Below, one piece after another: positions 1 through 7,310 of a stretch of 48,924 nucleotides of DNA. The stretch is from a virus. Location of the stretch: the IMG/VR virus record IMGVR_UViG_3300045988_100566, one strand, 5' to 3'. A program made the position numbers and the translations under genes. The notes beneath the pieces were generated by a model. It did no database searches. It saw nothing but the letters and a program-made list of their open reading frames with translations, and was not told the DNA's origin. How positions within the stretch are numbered: the stretch's first letter is position 1; each line of letters starts with the position of its first letter.

Positions 1-55
1 TGCTATAGCTACTGCCTTTGGCATTGGTTACAATGTTGCCAGGCTTGGTACGTCC
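1..55. repeat. Terminal 55-nt direct repeat, copy 1 (identical to 48870..48924); most simply an assembly overlap marking a circular or circularly permuted genome
   Basis: tgctatagctactgcctttggcattggttacaatgttgccaggcttggtacgtcc is present at both ends. A CDS reads through the junction in frame once one copy is removed. Confidence 0.9.
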
Positions 56-199
56 CTGAGCATAGAGAGCATCCTGCTCTGCTACCGTTCTGAAACATTC
101 ACCTATTTTAATATGAATACCTTGAGAAGCACATATACTAATAAGTTCTTTAGCTTTTGCTTGCAACCTTGGATGGCATTGTGTAATATCTCTTCCCAT
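1..199 (-). CDS. Endolysin, N-terminal segment (peptidase M15 / VanY-like domain); continues at 48869 after collapsing the overlap (286 aa in total)
   Basis: ATG at 199..197 with GGAGG 9 nt upstream. Translates MGRDITQCHPRLQAKAKELISICASQGIHIKIGECFRTVAEQDALYAQGRTKPGNIVTNAKGSSYS and joins SQHQWGIAFD (SxHxxGxAxD metal motif) in frame. 199+662 nt = 287 codons. Confidence 0.85.
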   Translation of the reverse strand, partial: MGRDITQCHPRLQAKAKELISICASQGIHIKIGECFRTVAEQDALYAQGRTKPGNIVTNAKGSSYS

Positions 200-203
200 G
201 TTA

Positions 204-482
204 TTACTCCTCCTTTACTGCTCGCTTTCTCTGCTCGTCATCAATCCTTAACTGTTTAATATCTTCTATATTCTGCAAAGCTTTTTGTGTTACCGGATTG
301 TCATTCCACCATGCAACCAGTGATGCACCTACAGTCAGTAATAAAGTACAACCAGTGTATACATCTTCCTCAGAAAACGGTAACGGATTCCATCCTGACA
401 TTGTAAGCACCTGATTAGTTAAGGCAAATACTAATACTACAGTTCTTGCAATAACCGGTGTTGAAACTTTTAACCTGTTCAT
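204..482 (-). CDS. Holin (phi11 / phiLC3-type)
   Basis: 92 aa with two hydrophobic helices (VIARTVVLVFALTNQVL, CTLLLTVGASLVAWW). Has the WNDNPVTQ motif and a charged C-tail typical of this holin family. GGAGG RBS, ATGA overlap with the upstream ORF, and directly upstream of the endolysin. Confidence 0.8.
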   Translation of the reverse strand: MNRLKVSTPVIARTVVLVFALTNQVLTMSGWNPLPFSEEDVYTGCTLLLTVGASLVAWWNDNPVTQKALQNIEDIKQLRIDDEQRKRAVKEE

Positions 483-772
483 TTCTTGTTCCTCCTTCCA
501 ACTTGTACATTGTTCTTTTCTTCAATTATACTTATTCTCACTTCATGGTCTTCTATTCTATCATCTTGATCTGCATTGTGTTCCCATATCTTTTTGTGAG
601 ATTCTGAATTATGCTTATACTTACTATTGAAGTCGTCTTCAATTCTACTAAAGGAACTGTTTGTACTCTGTATTGTATAGTTAAGTTTGCTTATCACCAT
701 TATAAGCTTACCTAAGAAACCTAACAAAGTACATAAGCCTACAAACAATCCTATTATTTCTGTTGCTGACAT
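479..772 (-). CDS. Small membrane protein (N-terminal TM helix, charged coiled C-terminus), lysis-cassette associated
   Basis: 97 aa with TM segment IIGLFVGLCTLLGFLGKLIMVI. AAAGGAGGAGG RBS and translationally coupled to the holin. Confidence 0.6.
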   Translation of the reverse strand: MSATEIIGLFVGLCTLLGFLGKLIMVISKLNYTIQSTNSSFSRIEDDFNSKYKHNSESHKKIWEHNADQDDRIEDHEVRISIIEEKNNVQVGRRNKK

Positions 773-785
773 AACCTCCTCCTTT

Positions 786-2153
786 CTACACTGCTGCTTT
801 ACTGTTGAACTTCCTTTCCTTTATATCAGCTACAGTTACTGTATCAAGAGCATACCATATAGCTGAAAATGTATGAGGGTCTATATTGAACTGATCGTAA
901 ATAACATTTCCTTTGCTATCTTTCTTATACGTCAGATCTTTTAGTTCCCTTATTGTATTCTTACATACTGGACTTATAACAATTTTCTTAAAACGTTTTA
1001 TCTTCCTTGTATTTGATAACCTTGAACCTGCAAACTTATTCTTACATGCTCTTATACTAAAACCACATTGCCTGTAATATTGAATAGCTTTCGGGTCTTC
1101 ATTATCAGCTACTATCATTTTATTTACACCTTTTGCTGCATACATTTTGATATTCTTTTTTAACTCTTGCATCTTAGGCTCTTGTGCAAACACATCATCT
1201 GTAATGTGGTTCATATATATCTCATCATATATGTATAAGATACCATTCTTCTGGTCTACTGACATACTCATTACTGCATTGTACGATTCCTCGAAACCAA
1301 AGTCAAATCCAAAGTACCTGTTCTCATCACCTAAAGAACGTATAGCATCTTTAAATAACTTAGCACTATTGGCTATTACAATTTGAGGAAGCACCCTTGT
1401 ACCATTTGCACCAAACCTTCCTAACCTTGCTACTCTCCATAATGGCTCATCATATTCTTTTATCTCATCTAATGTTTTGAGATAGTCTTTTGGTAAGAAC
1501 ACATTATCTTCTGGCACCGTATGGAAATAATATACCCCATTTCTTATCATACACTTTTTAGCATATAACTCTTCGTCATTCAGAATAACTGTCTCATTAC
1601 CATCATCATCTAAACGAATAAAGAAATGCCTATATACCCAGTTCTCTTTTCCTACTGGATTGCAGCTTAATATGAAGTGTAACTTTATACCCGGTGTTCT
1701 TAAACGTCCTAGTAACTCTTTGTAACCATCATACTTTATTTCACTGCATTCCTCTAACCATACTATGCTTACACCATTGATTGATTTTAATTTAGCAGGT
1801 TTATCCATTCCTTTGAATATTATTCTTGAACCATTTGGAAACTTTAATTGCATAGGAGATTTTAAACCAAGTACTAAGTTCTTTTTTCTTCTCCATTCAG
1901 CAGTATCATCTGTAAATAGATTCATATCTGAAAGAATCTCAATAAACAAGTCATAGCAACTCTCACTTAATGTATCATATACTTCTCTTACTACTAAAGC
2001 TTTACGTTTCTCACTTAGCAGCTTTAATATAATCTTGAATGCTATATGATAACTCTTACCACTTCCATATCCACCTACACACAAGTAAGTTTTATAGTCC
2101 CAATCAGACATAAAGTCAAAAAACGCAGGTGATACTTCTTTTGTTATATTCAC
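786..2153 (-). CDS. terL: Terminase large subunit (PBSX / Terminase_3-like)
   Basis: Walker A GGYGSGKSY, Walker B-like IVWLEE, C-terminal nuclease region. The ATG at 2174 lies upstream of the only SD (AAAGGAGG at 2164-2171). GTG at 2153 is 10 nt downstream of that SD, so the start is 2153 or 2174. Confidence 0.9.
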   Translation of the reverse strand: MNITKEVSPAFFDFMSDWDYKTYLCVGGYGSGKSYHIAFKIILKLLSEKRKALVVREVYDTLSESCYDLFIEILSDMNLFTDDTAEWRRKKNLVLGLKSPMQLKFPNGSRIIFKGMDKPAKLKSINGVSIVWLEECSEIKYDGYKELLGRLRTPGIKLHFILSCNPVGKENWVYRHFFIRLDDDGNETVILNDEELYAKKCMIRNGVYYFHTVPEDNVFLPKDYLKTLDEIKEYDEPLWRVARLGRFGANGTRVLPQIVIANSAKLFKDAIRSLGDENRYFGFDFGFEESYNAVMSMSVDQKNGILYIYDEIYMNHITDDVFAQEPKMQELKKNIKMYAAKGVNKMIVADNEDPKAIQYYRQCGFSIRACKNKFAGSRLSNTRKIKRFKKIVISPVCKNTIRELKDLTYKKDSKGNVIYDQFNIDPHTFSAIWYALDTVTVADIKERKFNSKAAV

Positions 2154-2262
2154 TTGATTTATACCTCCTTTCATTTAAACTATTATACTCTATATAAATA
2201 TATATATTAATAATTAGATTCCCTTATTCTTCCTTTGACTTATTCTTAACTATACTTCTGTA

Positions 2263-2826
2263 TTACTCTTCTGATTCTTCAAACTCACTCCAGTCATCTT
2301 CTGAAGTATCTATGTCTTTCCACTCATCTAAGTCTTCTTCTTTATCTCCATCTCTATGCTTTATGATATTTATTGTAACGTTATTCATTTCGTCACTTAT
2401 TTCTACTTCATTTTCTCTATTCTTATGCCACTCTTTTGGCTTTTTATTGTTTAACCAAGCAAGACAAGCTGTTACATTTGGGCCTACTTCTTTTTCTACT
2501 TTCTCAATTTTTACTACTCTATTTCCTGATTTATTTTGAGAACCTGAAATGATTGTTTTTGTTTCTACCGTCCTATAACCTAAAGCTGCTTTTAACAATG
2601 CATTCTCAACCTCATAGTCAATTACTTCTTTGCTCTTGCTGAGTGCTTCTTTTATCTCTGGATACTTCTCTTCCCAATTGTACAGAGTCATTCTTGATAT
2701 ACCTAACTTCTCTGCAATAGTATCTTTTGATAAACCATCTCTAGTCCAACATGAAAGTAAAATCAGACCTTGTTCTTGTCTCAACTCATTTGCTGTCAAT
2801 CCTGATTTAGTTTCTCTATGTACCAA
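2263..2826 (-). CDS. terS: Terminase small subunit (HTH type)
   Basis: HTH DTIAEKLGISRMTLYNWEEKYPEIKEAL, acidic C-tail, position immediately upstream of terL. TTG start with AAGGAG 7 nt upstream. Confidence 0.7.
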   Translation of the reverse strand: MVHRETKSGLTANELRQEQGLILLSCWTRDGLSKDTIAEKLGISRMTLYNWEEKYPEIKEALSKSKEVIDYEVENALLKAALGYRTVETKTIISGSQNKSGNRVVKIEKVEKEVGPNVTACLAWLNNKKPKEWHKNRENEVEISDEMNNVTINIIKHRDGDKEEDLDEWKDIDTSEDDWSEFEESEE

Positions 2827-2940
2827 AGTTACTTCTCCTTGCTTTATAATTCTTACCCCTATAAACTAGTTTAAGCCCAGCTTAATACTGAGCTAACGCT
2901 ATTTCTGTTTGACTGTAAACAATTGTAGTAAACAGCCCAA

Positions 2941-3014
2941 TGGACCCTCTGGGACTCGAACCCAGGACCGTCCGGTTATGAGCCGGATGCTCTAACCAAC
3001 TGAGCTAAGGGTCC
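2941..3014 (-). tRNA. tRNA with CAU anticodon (Met or, more likely, lysidine-type Ile2 reading AUA)
   Basis: Cloverleaf read by hand: GGACCCT/AGGGTCC acceptor, GCTC/GAGC D stem, TCCGG/CCGGA anticodon stem with loop CTCATAA, CTGGG/CCCAG T stem, TTCGAGT loop. The 5' half resembles ileX-type tRNAs (C4-G69, C5-G68). No encoded CCA. Confidence 0.85.
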
Positions 3015-3027
3015 AATCAAACTTAAA

Positions 3028-3099
3028 TAGCCCATACTGGATTCGAACCAGTAAATACAAGAATCAAAGTCTTGTGCCTTACCATTTGGCGAATGGGCT
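3028..3099 (-). tRNA. tRNA-Gln (UUG)
   Basis: AGCCCAT/ATGGGCT acceptor, GCC..GGC D arm (CGCCAAATGGTAAGGCA, as in bacterial tRNA-Gln), CAAGA/TCTTG anticodon stem with loop CTTTGAT, ACTGG/CCAGT T stem, TTCGAAT loop. Confidence 0.85.
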
Positions 3100-3113
3100 T
3101 TTTTATTTCTTTT

Positions 3114-3157
3114 AAAAACTAAACAAAGCCTGAAATTTTTCATCCAAGCTTTGTTTA
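3114..3157 (-). terminator. Terminator-like hairpin at the end of the leader, just upstream of the tRNAs and late genes
   Basis: Minus strand: UAAACAAAGC - 18-nt loop - GCUUUGUUUA followed by GUUUUU. The 10-bp stem is AU-rich. Confidence 0.5.
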
Positions 3158-3317
3158 TCTATAACAATTTTATTTCAAATATGCATCTTTATATTTATGA
3201 AAATGATTTGCAAACATCGTTGCAATTTCTTTTTTAGATTCCTGTAATTCTTTACATTTATGAATTTCAGCAATTGCCGCATCTTTTTCAGATTTTTTAT
3301 TTTGTTTTGATATTATT

Positions 3318-3346
3318 ATTATATCACAATATTGTTGTTTTGTAAA
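3318..3346 (-). promoter_or_regulatory. Class-I promoter P1 (TTTACA-17-TATAAT); drives a leader, the tRNAs and possibly the late operon
   Basis: Minus strand AAAAAAACTATTTACA-aaacaacaatattgtga-TATAAT. -35 at 3341..3346, -10 at 3318..3323. Confidence 0.75.
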
Positions 3347-3359
3347 TAGTTTTTTTAAA

Positions 3360-3509
3360 TTAATTAATTATTTTTCCACACTTTTTACACAGCCATGTTT
3401 GTTTTGTTATCCAAGAACCATCTTTTTGCTTTACCAGATCTGTTCTTATAAGTGTTGTTTTATTGTGCTTACAAAGCATCTTTTTTATAGGATTTGATTT
3501 TATTCTCAT
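3360..3509 (-). CDS. Small hypothetical protein (49 aa, CxH...CxxC zinc-ribbon-like)
   Basis: ATG at 3509 with AAAAGGAGGGG RBS. MRIKSNPIKKMLCKHNKTTLIRTDLVKQKDGSWITKQTWLCKKCGKIIN. Below the ORF-track size cutoff. Confidence 0.6.
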   Translation of the reverse strand: MRIKSNPIKKMLCKHNKTTLIRTDLVKQKDGSWITKQTWLCKKCGKIIN

Positions 3510-3545
3510 AACCCCTCCTTTTTATAACTGTTTTGCCTATATTTT

Positions 3546-4328
3546 CTATTTATTGCTTGTTATCAGTTCTGAGTACGGCAACGTTTCAATCCAATCACAG
3601 AAACCAATATACGATTTATTCGTTTTATCTCCATCAATTATTCCTTCATGCAAACACCACTCATCCAGTTTATGATTCTTTCTTGACTTATAGGCATTAG
3701 CCAGTACCTCATAGTTCAGCATAACAGTGCGTTTCTGATTGTAACTGCTCGGGAGAAGCTGAATCATCTGCAACCAGATTTCTTTATCGTTTTTGCCGTA
3801 ACATCTTTGATTACCGTTTTCATATGATAATATTCCGCCATTCAAATATACGTCCCTAAACACATTTAAAGCATCTATAGTCTCTTTTAATACATCCATA
3901 GACTGCCTGATATGAATATGTTCACAGCTAAAATCGTCCAGCGTAAACTCTTTTTCATGGATTTTGTGCATTGTACTACAGCTATTAGCAACTGTACCAA
4001 CCTTATAAGTGTCAAATTCCTTCCACCAATATAAAGGTGCTGTGATATCCACATATACCGTCAGCATTCTCATAAACTTTCTGTGGTCTGTACCAGTATT
4101 GCAAAGGGTTGTCATAAGCTTCAGGTCATTTGGGCCCACTACAAAGCATTCAAAGCCTGTACAATTACGGTCCTCTTTTGTGCAAATACCCTCTCGCTCG
4201 ATTTTACCGCACTTTCCGCAATCAACAGCAGGATATGAATCCGTCTTACTCCAACTATTCATCGGATTTCTCATACCTCTAATAGCTGCTTCCCATCCTA
4301 CTACTTCTACATTTTCAAACTTAATCAT
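3546..4328 (-). CDS. ThyX-fold (Thy1-like) protein with degenerate catalytic motifs and a Cys-rich insertion; function unknown
   Basis: Start taken at MIKFENVEVVGWE (AAAGGAGAAG RBS). TDHRKFMRMLTVYVDITAPLYWWKEFDTYKVGTVANSCSTMH parallels ThyX GHETPFEH..F.V.API...RQ..RHR....E.SxRY. The later LLPSSYNQKRTVMLNYEVLANAYKSRKNHKLDEW parallels the ThyX C-terminal helices. Confidence 0.55.
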   Translation of the reverse strand: MIKFENVEVVGWEAAIRGMRNPMNSWSKTDSYPAVDCGKCGKIEREGICTKEDRNCTGFECFVVGPNDLKLMTTLCNTGTDHRKFMRMLTVYVDITAPLYWWKEFDTYKVGTVANSCSTMHKIHEKEFTLDDFSCEHIHIRQSMDVLKETIDALNVFRDVYLNGGILSYENGNQRCYGKNDKEIWLQMIQLLPSSYNQKRTVMLNYEVLANAYKSRKNHKLDEWCLHEGIIDGDKTNKSYIGFCDWIETLPYSELITSNK

Positions 4329-4446
4329 TTTGCTTCTCCTTTGCTTCTTCTTTCTTTTCTTTCTCTTCACTAAGAATTTTTTGACTTGTTAACATTTCAA
4401 GCCATTCTTTTGCCGTTCTTCTTTTGTATTCAATTACCTTTTGCAT
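4321..4446 (-). CDS. Possible small ORF (41 aa; 51 aa if started at 4476)
   Basis: GAGGT 5-6 nt before ATG 4446. MQKVIEYKRRTAKEWLEMLTSQKILSEEKEKKEEAKEKQND. The stop overlaps the downstream start by 8 nt. No homology recognised. Confidence 0.35.
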   Translation of the reverse strand: MQKVIEYKRRTAKEWLEMLTSQKILSEEKEKKEEAKEKQND

Positions 4447-4552
4447 TTTATACCTCTGAGAATCATCAGAAGCCATTCTGTATGACTTTAACTTATAAGC
4501 CTATAATTTATACACCTTCAAATTAAAGCCTTTATATGGGGCTTCTAGTTAC
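4447..4552 (-). promoter_or_regulatory. Class-II structured intergenic element, copy E
   Basis: arm1 CTAGAAGCCCC (4538-4548), spacer with GTTAAAGTCATACAG, arm2 GGCTTCTGA, loop, arm3 TCAGAGG (local hairpin 4453-4472), then GAGGT and ATG. Confidence 0.55.
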
Positions 4553-5137
4553 TTACTTGTAAAATCTCATTCCGTCTTCTTCACAAACAAGTTTTAAGTT
4601 TTTATTATGCCAACTGTCTCCTTTACAGCTTTCAAAGAACAAGATATCTTTCGATTCACTTGAACTAAGAACATTTTCCAAAGCCTGCCAGCACTCTTCA
4701 TTTGGTTCTACTTTGTTCCACCTTCCATCAGATATTGGTGTAAATTGATTTTTCTGGAAAATAACCTCTTCTACGGTATTTGGAAACATATCAGATTCTA
4801 TTCTGCTTAATACTGTACGAATCACAAGCTCCTTTGCTTTTATTCTGCATCCTTCAGCTTCTGCCATGGCTATCTTAGCAAGCATGTATTTTTCTTTTTC
4901 TGTAAACCTCTCCGCTGTTTCTGTTTCTTGTACTTCTGTACAATCAATTTCTTTAACTTCTACTACAGTATCGATTGATATACAAATATTTGGTGTATTA
5001 GATTCTGTCTGTTTTTCTAAAACAATCTGTTCTTTTAGTAAGTTTTTATTTACTGTTTTACCAAGGGTTAATAAACCTGATACAGATAATACTGTAATAC
5101 TCATTGCTACTGTAATACCGTAAAATTTCTTTTTCAT
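4553..5137 (-). CDS. Secreted/anchored SleB-CwlJ-type cell wall hydrolase (Hydrolase_2 domain)
   Basis: N-terminal signal/anchor MKKKFYGITVAMSITVLSVSGLL. The motif KYMLAKIAMAEAEG....VIRTVLSRIESDMFPNTVEEVIFQKNQF matches the SleB catalytic domain pattern. AGGAGA RBS and its own class-I promoter. Confidence 0.7.
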   Translation of the reverse strand: MKKKFYGITVAMSITVLSVSGLLTLGKTVNKNLLKEQIVLEKQTESNTPNICISIDTVVEVKEIDCTEVQETETAERFTEKEKYMLAKIAMAEAEGCRIKAKELVIRTVLSRIESDMFPNTVEEVIFQKNQFTPISDGRWNKVEPNEECWQALENVLSSSESKDILFFESCKGDSWHNKNLKLVCEEDGMRFYK

Positions 5138-5167
5138 TGTTATTCTCCTTTAGTTTACTATTCTTAG

Positions 5168-5222
5168 TACTATATAGGACTATAGTATATGGTTTACCAT
5201 ATAGTATAGAACTATAGAATAT
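5168..5222. repeat. Imperfect 55-bp palindrome in the 5' leader of the hydrolase gene
   Basis: tactatataggactatagtatatggt-tt-accatatagtatagaactatagaatat. About 21 of 26 arm positions are complementary, with repeated ACTATAG units. Confidence 0.7.
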
Positions 5223-5251
5223 ATTATATAACGTTTTTCCATATTTGTAAA
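5223..5251 (-). promoter_or_regulatory. Class-I promoter P2
   Basis: AAAAAAACTATTTACA-17 nt-TATAAT. -35 at 5246..5251, -10 at 5223..5228. Confidence 0.75.
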
Positions 5252-5259
5252 TAGTTTTT

Positions 5260-5433
5260 TTAAACTTTTACTTTTGCTTTGTCTGGATAGCTACATTCGC
5301 TGCAGATACCATAATAACAAGCTTTTCCTGACAAAACGCATATGTTTGAATATGGCTTTTCGTGATTTGATATTTCTATTTTTTCTTTTTCTTCGTAGCA
5401 CATTGATTCATACATGTCTTTTATGATTCCCAT
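5260..5433 (-). CDS. Small Cys-rich hypothetical protein (57 aa)
   Basis: MGIIKDMYESMCYEEKEKIEISNHEKPYSNICVLSGKACYYGICSECSYPDKAKVKV. GAGGT lies 12 nt upstream. Below the ORF-track cutoff. Confidence 0.45.
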   Translation of the reverse strand: MGIIKDMYESMCYEEKEKIEISNHEKPYSNICVLSGKACYYGICSECSYPDKAKVKV

Positions 5434-5579
5434 TTTTGATTTTTACCTCATACTTATAAAATTTATTTGCCTTTCTAGTAAAGCCAGAATACCCTAGTAT
5501 TGACTTTAATATATTGCATATAAAAATATATGGCTTAATAAACAAAATGCAATAGAAAGGTATCTGGCTTATTCTAAAT
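5434..5579 (-). promoter_or_regulatory. Class-II structured intergenic element, copy C
   Basis: arm1 AAGCCAGATACC (5559-5570), 64-nt AT-rich spacer with ATATTAAAGTCAATACTAG, arm2 GGTATTCTGGCTT (5481-5493), local palindrome TTCTGG-cttta-CTAGAA (5473-5489). Confidence 0.55.
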
Positions 5580-5978
5580 TTATAGCATACCTTTTTTACT
5601 TAACCAATCTTCTAGGTCTGCCATATATAACAACATTTCTTGGAGTCTTTTCTTTTCTATTGATACTTCACCCGATTCTTCATCATACGTTGTGAATCTT
5701 TTTGCCGGAATAGGAACTGTTGAACCTTTGCCTATTTTATTGGCAAATGATTTTAAAAATGAAGAAATAGCTAATGCAACTATTGGAATGAATATCTCAC
5801 CACCAAAAGTATATATACCTCTTGAATCAAAACTCCACATGCCTAGGTAGAACATAATATACGATACGATTAAGTCTAAGGCTTGACTGAAGTACCTTAA
5901 GTTTGATTTGATAAAATATATAGCTTCATACTTAAAATCCATCAGAATTGACTTAGATACATATAAAAATCTTTTCAT
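5580..5978 (-). CDS. Hypothetical membrane protein
   Basis: 132 aa with two or three hydrophobic segments (LDLIVSYIMFYLGMW, IFIPIVALAISSFL). Compact gene spacing. Confidence 0.6.
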   Translation of the reverse strand: MKRFLYVSKSILMDFKYEAIYFIKSNLRYFSQALDLIVSYIMFYLGMWSFDSRGIYTFGGEIFIPIVALAISSFLKSFANKIGKGSTVPIPAKRFTTYDEESGEVSIEKKRLQEMLLYMADLEDWLSKKGML

Positions 5979-5981
5979 AAG

Positions 5982-6353
5982 TTAGCATCCTTTCATCTGT
6001 TCTTTATAGTATTCAGATTTTACTTTTATCATCTGGTCAGCTCTTTTTGCAAAAGCCATACAATTACACCAAGCACAATTACAATTCTCATTGATAAAAA
6101 ATTTGTTATGTGTCTCCTGGCATATTGTGCAATGCCTTTCTGAAACTTCTGAAGTACTTAGTTCAACAAACAAATGAACTACAATAGTTGGCATTTCTTT
6201 GTCATCCCTTTTTTCATACTCCACTTTTACTTTATGCATGTATTTCTTGCTTATTACATTTGAAGCTACCCATTTTGCAGCTTTCATATAAGCATCTTTC
6301 ATTGTTTCAGATACAAACTTTTTCCTAAAGAACTCTTCACAATAAACAACCAT
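5982..6353 (-). CDS. Hypothetical Cys-rich protein
   Basis: 123 aa with cluster HCTICQETHNKFFINENCNCAWCNC. GGAGGG-like RBS region. Confidence 0.55.
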   Translation of the reverse strand: MVVYCEEFFRKKFVSETMKDAYMKAAKWVASNVISKKYMHKVKVEYEKRDDKEMPTIVVHLFVELSTSEVSERHCTICQETHNKFFINENCNCAWCNCMAFAKRADQMIKVKSEYYKEQMKGC

Positions 6354-6368
6354 TTGTTTACCCTCCGC

Positions 6369-6851
6369 TTAAATATTCATACAACTTTTTCTTGCCAAAA
6401 TTGCCTGCTCTCTAGCAACTTCATCTGCCATCTCATTAAATGTATTACCTGAATGTCCTTTTACTTTCTTGAATATCACTTCAGCTTTTGCTTCTTTTAC
6501 AGCATCATGTAATATGATGAAGTCTTCCCATAAATCTCTATTCTTTACTGCATCTCCTTTTGATGTAGTCCAGCCATTTTTCTTCCATCTTAACACCCAA
6601 TCATTATTTATAGCATTTACTACATAAGCACTATCAGAATTAATCTCTATTACGTCACAGCTATAAAAGTTTTTAATCAGTAGCTTTTCTAAAGTTTTTA
6701 CTACAGCCATTAGCTCCATTCTGTTATTCGTTGTGTTGACTTCATAACCTTTCAGAACTTTACTTCCATGGCTCATATTTAATATGCTTGCCCACCCTCC
6801 TGGTCCAGGATTGTTTGAGCATGCTCCATCAGTAAATATTCTAAGTTTCAT
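6369..6851 (-). CDS. rnhA: Ribonuclease HI
   Basis: IFTDGACSNNPGPGGWA, TNNRMEL, INSDSAYV, KVKGHSGNTFNEMADEVA: the DEDD catalytic pattern of RNase H type 1. Confidence 0.9.
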   Translation of the reverse strand: MKLRIFTDGACSNNPGPGGWASILNMSHGSKVLKGYEVNTTNNRMELMAVVKTLEKLLIKNFYSCDVIEINSDSAYVVNAINNDWVLRWKKNGWTTSKGDAVKNRDLWEDFIILHDAVKEAKAEVIFKKVKGHSGNTFNEMADEVAREQAILARKSCMNI

Positions 6852-7211
6852 TTATTTCGCACCCCTTCTTTCATTCCTTTTTGAATACATAAACAAAGCA
6901 GCTTTTGCTAATACTTCATACATTGTTATTCCGCAAATTCTTACACCATAGTCAGTCAAGTCTTCTTCATTTACAATATACGCCGCCCATATGATACTCT
7001 TATCACTAGCCCACAAATCAGGCATAATACTTCTTACCCTCATCTTGTATTTCAAAGATAACTTCCATACAAGCTTTTCTACCTTTTCTAAAGGAATCTC
7101 TGCATCTTCTGAATAATTTGACAAAGGCTTTATTTTTCTTAAAGCTCTTTGAATACTTTCTTTGTTTTCTTTTACTCTACAATCTAAATTTATGATTTCT
7201 TTTATTGTCAT
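6852..7211 (-). CDS. Hypothetical protein
   Basis: Start moved to ATG 7211 (AAAGGTG 6 nt upstream). The track's TTG at 7229 lies inside the terminator stem. Confidence 0.55.
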   Translation of the reverse strand: MTIKEIINLDCRVKENKESIQRALRKIKPLSNYSEDAEIPLEKVEKLVWKLSLKYKMRVRSIMPDLWASDKSIIWAAYIVNEEDLTDYGVRICGITMYEVLAKAALFMYSKRNERRGAK

Positions 7212-7219
7212 GTTTTCAC

Positions 7220-7269
7220 CTTTAAACAAAAGGAGGCTACCAAACTTTATTCAGTTGGTAGCCTCCTTT
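7220..7269 (-). terminator. Rho-independent terminator
   Basis: 15-bp stem AAAGGAGGCUACCAA / UUGGUAGCCUCCUUU (7229-7243 and 7255-7269), 11-nt loop, then UUGUUUAAA. Confidence 0.8.
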
Positions 7270-7310
7270 GTTATCTCATATTATTCTGGAAAATTCATGT
7301 AGCCATTAAA

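Noticed and set aside
1-55. The 55-nt terminal repeat as a biological direct terminal repeat or cos region.
   Set aside because: The length equals a typical assembler k-mer. The repeat falls in the middle of the endolysin coding sequence, and the terminase type suggests headful packaging. An assembly overlap is the simpler explanation.
2891-2919. A tenth class-I promoter at the TGTAAA (TTTACA on the minus strand) at 2914-2919, between tRNA(CAU) and terS.
   Set aside because: The position 17 nt downstream reads TTAGCT rather than TATAAT, and the upstream AAAAACCTA block is absent.
3158-3317. A protein-like open frame in the P1 leader (...KKSEKDAAIAEIHKCKELQESKKEIATMFANHFHKYKDAYLK) and a 35-codon ATG ORF (MRQLLKFINV...).
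   Set aside because: The longer frame has no start codon downstream of the promoter. The ATG ORF has no RBS and an implausible sequence. I treated the region as a non-coding leader, possibly a decayed gene remnant.
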